A stretch of DNA of 64,000 nt from Octopus vulgaris (Eukaryota): NCBI GenBank assembly GCA_951406725.2, contig OX597815.1, positions 109,554,001 to 109,618,000 on the forward strand, written 5' to 3'. Below the pieces are notes generated by a model. The model was not told where the DNA came from and made no database searches. It saw only the letters and a program-made list of their open reading frames with translations. Below are positions 56,276-64,000 of the stretch, one piece after another. Position numbers and translations under genes: made by a program. Position 1 is the stretch's first letter. Every line of letters starts with the position of its first letter.

Positions 56276-56394
56276 TATCGTCATCATCGTCGTCTTCGTC
56301 GTCGTCGTCTCTCATCATCATAATACATCATCATTTTGACAAAAATTGCATTGACAAATGTGAGTGCAATAAGGCCGAACAAATAAAAGTATAT

Positions 56395-56426
<32 letters not shown>

Positions 56427-56529
56427 ATCTGTGTGTGCGTGTGTGAGTGTATACAGATATGTATATATGCATTTGTATTTTTGTATACATATATGCGTAC
56501 ATACATACATACATGCATGCATTTATGCA

Positions 56530-56565
<36 letters not shown>

Positions 56566-57265
56566 TATATGTATGCATGTGTATATATATGTATGTATAT
56601 AGATATATGTATATATGTATGTATGTCTATATATATGTATATATGTATGTATGTGTATGTGTGTGTGTGTGTAAACTCGTGGTAAGAATGACGAGTTATA
56701 ATCTCATGGATTTAACCCCAGTATCGGCTGTTCTAGAGATAATTCGCCCAATCCCAGCAGATGTCGGTTATATACATAAGATAACATAAGCAGGTATTTA
56801 GCTAAAGTTTTAATAGATTGATATTAATTCGTTTTGAAGGTGTGAAATTGTTCTTATAGAATTACTCTAGATCCATGTATTAAACTGATGTCAGTGTGTG
56901 CTTTGCCCGTATAAGTGCGTCTTGTATGGTACGTGTGTGTGAGTGTATGTGTGTACGGTTGTTTTCATACATTATTATTTTTTAAATTTTATTTATAGAT
57001 CTGTACAATCACAGCTGATTGAAGCAAAATGTTTTGTCAAAAAACAACAAACGTTCATCTTAATTATCTTGTATGTATAATATATCCGTTGGTGTCTATG
57101 TAAACCATAAAGTATACAATACAAGAAATAATCCATTATATCAATATTAGTAAGAGAAGGGAACTTTTCACTTTAGATCTTTCGAGAGTCAATTGTTAAC
57201 AAGGCGGTTTTATGGAAAGCATGTAAATATATATGTACACCTGTCATTCATATGTATATAAAGAG

Positions 57266-57505
57266 TAAAGATCCCATTCGGTCAAGAATCATCATGAGAT
57301 TGCATGTAGAAAGTTTCCCTCCGAGGTACAAGTCCGGGCACCTTGTTTATGACAGACCATTAGTCACCCATGCATACCATTTGTCCTCTCTCCGCACCAC
57401 CGATGTTATTTAAGGGAAACACATCACTCAGCCTCGATCCGTGAATCAAACTCACTACTTCATGATTGCGAACCCGAGGTTCTAGCCATTGTCATGCGCC
57501 TTCAC
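57266..57505 (-). mobile_element. SINE family D
   Basis: Homologous to 21243-21488 (TAGAAAGTT.CCCTCCGAGG.ACAAGTCC.GGCA). Confidence 0.75.
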
Positions 57506-57570
57506 TGTATGTATATATATGTTTTTTCTGCGATTATTTGGTAGACGGTGTCGAATTTTACACTTCTGTA

Positions 57571-57632
<62 letters not shown>

Positions 57633-58344
57633 TTTATAAGCTTAAAGCTTATAAGCGCTCACCGTACATTGGCTAAGGTAAATAATCTAATATTGGGGCA
57701 TAGAGGACCTCGACGGAAAAAAATTAGGTTTGCTGTACGCATGGGATTCGAACACACACCTACGGACCAAAATCATTATCTTACAACTCCTCCTCCTTCT
57801 CTCCCCCTTCTCTTAACAAATTCTATTTTACTACCACTCCTATATCTTCTCTTTCTCTCCTCTTTTTTCTTTGACTGTTTAAATGTATTTACAGGGTACC
57901 ACAATATATTTACTCATCTATTCTACAGTAGACACAGTTAATGACCCCAGCCTAAATTCAAAAGACGTTCCCCTAGTCAGCTTCAATAATAACAAATTTT
58001 CCCCCCTACTCTACCCCCACTCCTTCTCTTTATTCGTATTCTTTTCCTTAACAAATTTAGTCATTTACCCAATCCCATATAATATTTCTTCGCAAATACG
58101 CTTTCCCTTTTGTTCTCTCACGCTGTGCTTTCTACTAATACACACGAAATCTCCTGCGAGCTAATATGGATATATATATATATAAGAGTAGCTAGCGGAG
58201 CACCCCTCGTTAAGTTATTACGACTTTGGAGATTCTGCAAGTTAGGAAACATATCTAGCCTGGATTTTACCTACTCCTCCCTCAATTTGGATATATATAT
58301 AAAGGTTCGAAACGTAAAAGTCTTTTTCACTTTTCCGAGCGTCA

Positions 58345-58400
<56 letters not shown>

Positions 58401-58446
58401 TTATATGTGTGTATGTATGTTGGGAGGTAGGTAGGTATATGTAGCT

Positions 58447-58620
58447 TTTATCTTTTCCAGTCAATGGACTGTGGGCATGACGGGGCACCTCTCTGAAGAG
58501 TCTAATCGAACAATTCGATAGTAGTACGTTTTAAATTATGGTTCCATTGTAATAATTATCGAACCGCTAAGTTATGTCGTAAACAAACCAACACCGACTG
58601 TCAAATGATGGCGGGCGCCG
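58447..58620 (-). mobile_element. SINE family C tail, decayed
   Basis: GGGGCACC..GAACCGCTAAGTTA..GTAAACAAACCAACACCG. Confidence 0.6.
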
Positions 58621-58781
58621 AACATACGCACTTCACGCACACAAATATGCATACATACATACACACACACACACATATGTATATGTATATATATATAATA
58701 CAAATAATATATAAATATATGCATATATACATACATATGTGTACATACCTACATATACATGTATATATACATGCATATATG

Positions 58782-58969
58782 GGTACAGGACGTTAGAATA
58801 ACGTTGAACACAATGAGAAGCGAAGACATAAAAACATAAACATAGAAACGAACTTTTTTTTCAACCAACGAAAAAAACAGAGAAACGAGTCATGCAACAT
58901 AAATAATATTTCCCTTCTTCAGTTGTCCCTGTTTCATCTACTCCGCGTTTCGAAGGTATACATATATAT

Positions 58970-59030
<61 letters not shown>

Positions 59031-59059
59031 GACACACACATATATATTTATACATAAGT

Positions 59060-59126
<67 letters not shown>

Positions 59127-59285
59127 CCAACTTCACGGCAGGAGGTGCAGATGAGGGCAGCTGCATCGAACTCTCTCATGCACCAAATGGCAATTGCTAA
59201 AAAGCATTCATGAAGTAAAATCATGTAGCAACACCAAATGGCGGTGCCCCAGCATGGCCACAGCTCGTGAGCTGAAACTAGATAA
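58782..59285. mobile_element. Composite repeat, copy 2 (inverse of 19335-19720)
   Basis: GGTACAGGACG..CATCTACTCCGCGTTTCG + (TA)n + AACTTCACGGCAGGAGG..GAGCTGAAACTAGA. Confidence 0.75.
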
Positions 59286-59318
59286 AATAATATATATATA
59301 TATATATATGCATATATA

Positions 59319-59361
<43 letters not shown>

Positions 59362-60134
59362 GTATACATACACATATTCATGTGCATTTACATATATGCA
59401 TGTATGGATGTATGTATTTATGCATTTATGTATGTCTATTGGCGTGTTATGTGACAATCAATACTATGAACAGAAAATATTGTGGCATTTCGTTCACTCT
59501 CTCTCGCCTACCTTTGCCATTGGTGTTGTATTCTTCATTACTGCTGTTCCAATCACTGACATTAAGAGAACACTTGTAGAGCTCATTCTCCAACAAAAGT
59601 ATTTGTTGGGGTTGTTTGTTTAACCTGCTAAAAATAGCAACTACATATGGGTATATACCAAATCAACCAGTGCAGTTTACAAAAAAATGCGATAACATTG
59701 ATAAAACAGGGCAGATATACAAAGAAGATTGGATGATCTGATTAGTCTACATTGACTTGGTTCATCAGTTTCAGGAATACATAAGGCATGCGTGTGTGGG
59801 AAACACAGGCAGTTGTGTATTACATAAACGAGCAAGTATTCAACTTGATAGAACAGCTGGACACGCATCGCAGACACAGATGGAGAATCATTTACGCACA
59901 CACTCGCACACACACACACATCCACACTCACAAACACATGCACAAGCAAAAAACATACACATACATAGATACACGCACGCACATAATAAGGTGAAGAAAG
60001 ATTTAAGCACATCTTTATTACTAGTAACAATTGTTTCGGTTTTACTCCCTTTTCAACACTATCAGGACACTACTGTGTGTGTGTGTGTGTATATATATAT
60101 ATGAAAGTATATGTATATATATATATATATATAT

Positions 60135-60602
60135 AGGACACAGAAAGTGTGTCTATGGCCAGCTGGAGGAGTGTGTCCTCCTGGGGCTAAAAACTACAGT
60201 AGCATCCACCCTTAGGGGTTAGCCATATTGAAATGGCAAAAATACGTCACGATGTGTTACCGCTACTGTATATAACTCACTTTGATATTTATCATTGTTT
60301 GATTTCACTTTTTCAATATCAGCGACAGTGGGCGCTGGAAAAAGTATAAGTATTTGTGAAGGAAATCTAATTCTCGGCGACAACTATGATTGTCACACGC
60401 TGACGAGAGGTCAATACCTCGAAACTCGAGTCCGTGTGTATCATAAGTTGAAGACGGGAAGGATGACTTCCCTTTGCAAATACTGACAGGACACAGAAAG
60501 TGTGTCTATGGCCAGCTGGAGGAGTGTGTCCTCCTGGGGCTAAAAACTACAGTAGCATCCACCCTTAGGGGTTAGCCATATTGAAATGGCAAAAATACGT
60601 CA

Positions 60603-60606
<4 letters not shown>
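60135..60606 (+). mobile_element. Non-LTR retrozyme-like element: ~1.34 copies of a 353-nt unit inside (TA)n
   Basis: 60135-60253 is identical to 60488-60606 (119 bp, period 353); (TA)n on both sides; intact hammerhead inside. Confidence 0.9.
60394..60438 (+). ncRNA. Intact minimal type-I hammerhead ribozyme
   Basis: CACACG-CTGACGA-GAGGT-CAAT-ACCTC-GAAAC-TCGA-GTC-CGTGTG; all core positions canonical, three paired stems, predicted cleavage after C60432. Confidence 0.93.
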
Positions 60607-60657
<51 letters not shown>

Positions 60658-60658
60658 C

Positions 60659-60707
<49 letters not shown>

Positions 60708-63570
60708 ATATGTATACACACAGACACACATGTGTTTAATGTGTGTGTATATAGTATATATATATATATATATATACTTTAGATTGCCCGTGTCTACGTC
60801 TTTCTATACTCTTTTAGTGGCGGTACTTTGGATGAGCTGAATTAAAACTTTATGGATGTGATATTAACTTGATATTCTTGTTAAGCTCCGCCGATTTTTG
60901 TCTCGGATTTCGCTTATTTTAAAGAGCACCTCTTATTCTGTATACAAACAGCTTTCTATAGACGACTATATCCATACATACACACACATTGTTTCTCACA
61001 TATAGAAGTATACATACGCACACTGAGCCGCATAAAACATATATGCATTCACGTATAATACACATCCGTAAGTGCTGTATGTTAAAATGCTCGTATGTAT
61101 TTCTGTGCATATGCGTGCAAAGATATACACGCACATCCCATATGCAACCAAGCACACAACATTCCTTTCATGGTATGTTTCATGAATAATGGAAAGAAAG
61201 AGAGGTACTGAAATCAGAATGACGACCGTTAAATTTTATGAGGAGAGGTTGAATATAACACACGAATATAGATAAATATACACACATATACACCTAAAAA
61301 GACACATGTACATACATAATACATACATACATACATACATACATACATGCATGCATGCATACATACATACATACATACATACATACATACATACATACAT
61401 ACATACATACATACATGCATGCATACATTCATAAGCACACGTATATGTCTGTATAAACAAGAAACAGACAGAGTCAGATAGACAGAGTAAAAGGATATGA
61501 TATCTAACAACCCAAAAGGCACATTTGCACATGGATAAGAGAATTCCATGTCATGCACCAGTATTTTGTTTTACTGACAATGAATGCCGAATTCTGTTGG
61601 GTAATGAAGGTTAATAGAAAGGGACTGAAATATCGACAAGTGAGGGTTATAGAAGTGCGTATGTGTATATATATATATATATTGATATCTATATACTTAC
61701 CTATTTGTACATTCCTATTTATAAATCAATGAGGCAGCCTCTGTGCAATCACCTCATATGTTAGAAATATTAGCAAAGTCTTTTGTATTTGAATCCTGAT
61801 TATATTGCAAATGGAAAAAAAACTAACATTGTCCTCACCACCATACACACAAATACTTATATAAGTCTCGGCCCTGGTTACGACTAACTTAACAGGACTC
61901 ACTCGAAAAGACATACATGTACCTATTGTAATGCAAGAGCTCTTAAGTGTATAAAAATGTATGTCACATTGTGCAACCATGTAGCGCCGCAGAACCCGAT
62001 ACGTTTTGTAGAATGGATAGAGGTATGTGTTATATAACTGTCGGCTGTCTATTCTGTGTTTCCCCCTAAGCTGTTTTGTTAACGCCAGCAGATTGTCAAC
62101 TGCAGAAATAACAGATCTAACAATCTATATCTCTATCAATCTATCTATCAACAGATATACATAGACAATTGTTAGTGCCATCGCGAATAAATTTCGAATA
62201 TTTGATACAAATAGTAAAATGAGAAGGGAATCTGTAATATTTTCAAAATTCAGATGAAAAACTGTAGAGAATAAACGCCTGCACTGATCTAAAAAAAAGG
62301 GTATTTGACATAATCGTGTCAATCTTTGGCTGTTTACGCATACTTTAGATTAAAAATGGGTTTAAAAGCTAACCTAGCCTGATGCTTCTGGAATATAATT
62401 GTTTGGAGGAGTGAGTTATTTCTTTTCGGCTGCTTAATGTTATGAAGAAGTAATACATATTTCTGAAAATTGTATAATTCTCTGTATATAATCATATGAG
62501 AATGCGATCGACAATTTGCACTATTGAAATGATAAACATTTCACTTTGATAATATAGAAGAAATTTGATACTGAGTCTGTTTTAAATTTGATGATTTAAA
62601 ATGGAAGTAAATATTAAAATGAGAAATGCCAATAAATAAACATTCAGCGCTAATCCTCGTTACAGTTATTTATTTAACAGAAATAACTGAAAATTAAACT
62701 ATAGTTGTGTCACCAAGAATAAAGGCTTAACCTCAAGTAATGCAATTCAAACTACTGAGATAAACAACTCATGGAGAAACAAAGCTCTCTGCTTGTTCAT
62801 CTGTCTTTTTTGTTTCTCTCTCTCTCTCTCTTTCTATCTCTCCCCTCTCTCTCTTTTTCTCTCGCCCTCTCTCTTTCTCTCCTTCTTTCTCTGTGAGTGC
62901 CTCTAACTCAAAAACACTAAACCTCAGACGTCTCTTGTTTATATTTTCACAGAAATATACCTCTTCCTTCTAACACACACATTCACATACACGTACTCGC
63001 ATAACGTCTACTACCCAAGTATACACACTCGTACACAAATCCACACACACGCACACACCCTCTCACACATGCATACACATACTTACACCCACTGGTATTC
63101 ACACAAACCAGCACACAACCTCATTTCCCCCCTCTCTCTCTCTTCCTCTCTCATATATATAAACACACTAACCAATAGCCAGCCACATACGCATGTATTC
63201 TTGCAGATCAACTTCCATAATTCTAAATGTCATTTGAATATTCGGCAAATTTTCTAAAATAAATAAACTTGAACAGTGTCTCCGGAAATATTTATTATAA
63301 ATATAGTTTAATCAACAAATAAATAAAATATGGTATAAAAAAATATAAAAATTATCGACAAGAAATAGCAAATAAACAAATAAGGAAAGTAAGAAATAAA
63401 TGAATAAAAATAACAACTAAAAAAAAAAAGAGTTGAAAATTGGAAAATAATAAAAAACAACAATGGCGTAACAGCAAAAACGGAAACAACAGTAATAAAT
63501 AATATGATATTAATACTTTTTACATTTGTTTAGATGGGTTTGGGGATAGGTAGAAGGAATAGGAAAAATA

Positions 63571-64000
63571 GTAGTAGTAGTAGTAGTTATAGAAGAAGAA
63601 GAAGAAGAAGAAGAAGAAGAAGAAGAAGAAGAAGAAGAACAAGAAGAAGAAGAAGAAGACGAGGAAGAAGAAGAAGACGAGGAAGAAGAAGAGAAGTCGA
63701 GGAAGAAGAAGACGAGGAAGAAGAAGAAGAAGAAGAAGAAGAAGAAGAAGACGAGGAAGAAGACGAAGAAGAAGAAGACGAAGAAGAAGTCGAGGAAGAA
63801 GAAGAAGACGAGGAAGAAGAAGAAGAAGACGAGGAAGAAGAAGACGAAGAAGAAGACGAGGAAGAAGAAGACGAAAAAGAAGAAGACGAGGAAGAAGAAG
63901 AAGAAGAAGAAGAAGAAGAAGAAGAAGACGAGGAAGAAGACGAAGAAGAAGAAGGAGAAAAAGAAGACGAGGAAGAAGAAGAAGAAGAAGAAGAAGAAGA
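63571..64000. repeat. Compound (GAA)n/(GAC-GAG) purine-rich triplet array running off the window end
   Basis: Directly visible; higher-order GAAGACGAGGAAGAA units. Confidence 0.95.

Noticed and set aside
55986-56685. Poly-Asp/His/Ser/Met ORFs
   Set aside because: A (CAT)n/(CGT)n triplet tract is open in most frames; no unique coding context was recognised.
57720-57765. Reverse B-box GGGATTCGAAC suggesting a tRNA
   Set aside because: Only a T-arm-like fragment; no A box or cloverleaf found.

Overview
This is an AT-rich, extremely microsatellite-dense eukaryotic intronic or intergenic window. The repeat landscape looks like Octopus/cephalopod DNA (inferred from recalled SINE families, not verified). 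No intact protein-coding gene is present, and nearly all ORF-track entries are translations of microsatellites. Recognisable content: at least four tRNA-headed SINE families, a clean 396-bp non-autonomous Helitron, two head-to-head decayed DD37D (maT) Tc1/mariner copies, decayed LINE fragments (RT-like, CR1/L2-like, R4/Dong-like RLE, Tx1-like, possibly Penelope-like) and one candidate host exon. The most striking signal is about a dozen minimal type-I hammerhead ribozyme (HHR) motifs from several unrelated short element families, mostly inserted in (TA)n/(CA)n tracts and often inside fold-back structures. The best case is a 353-nt retrozyme-like unit (60135-60606) with a perfect HHR and an exact 119-bp terminal redundancy. 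A diverged 335-nt relative (33.5-34.1 kb) shows compensatory base-pair changes, and a tRNA-headed SINE carries an HHR tail (30.2-30.9 kb). Several short exact copies of distant parts of the window are also present and may be assembly artefacts.
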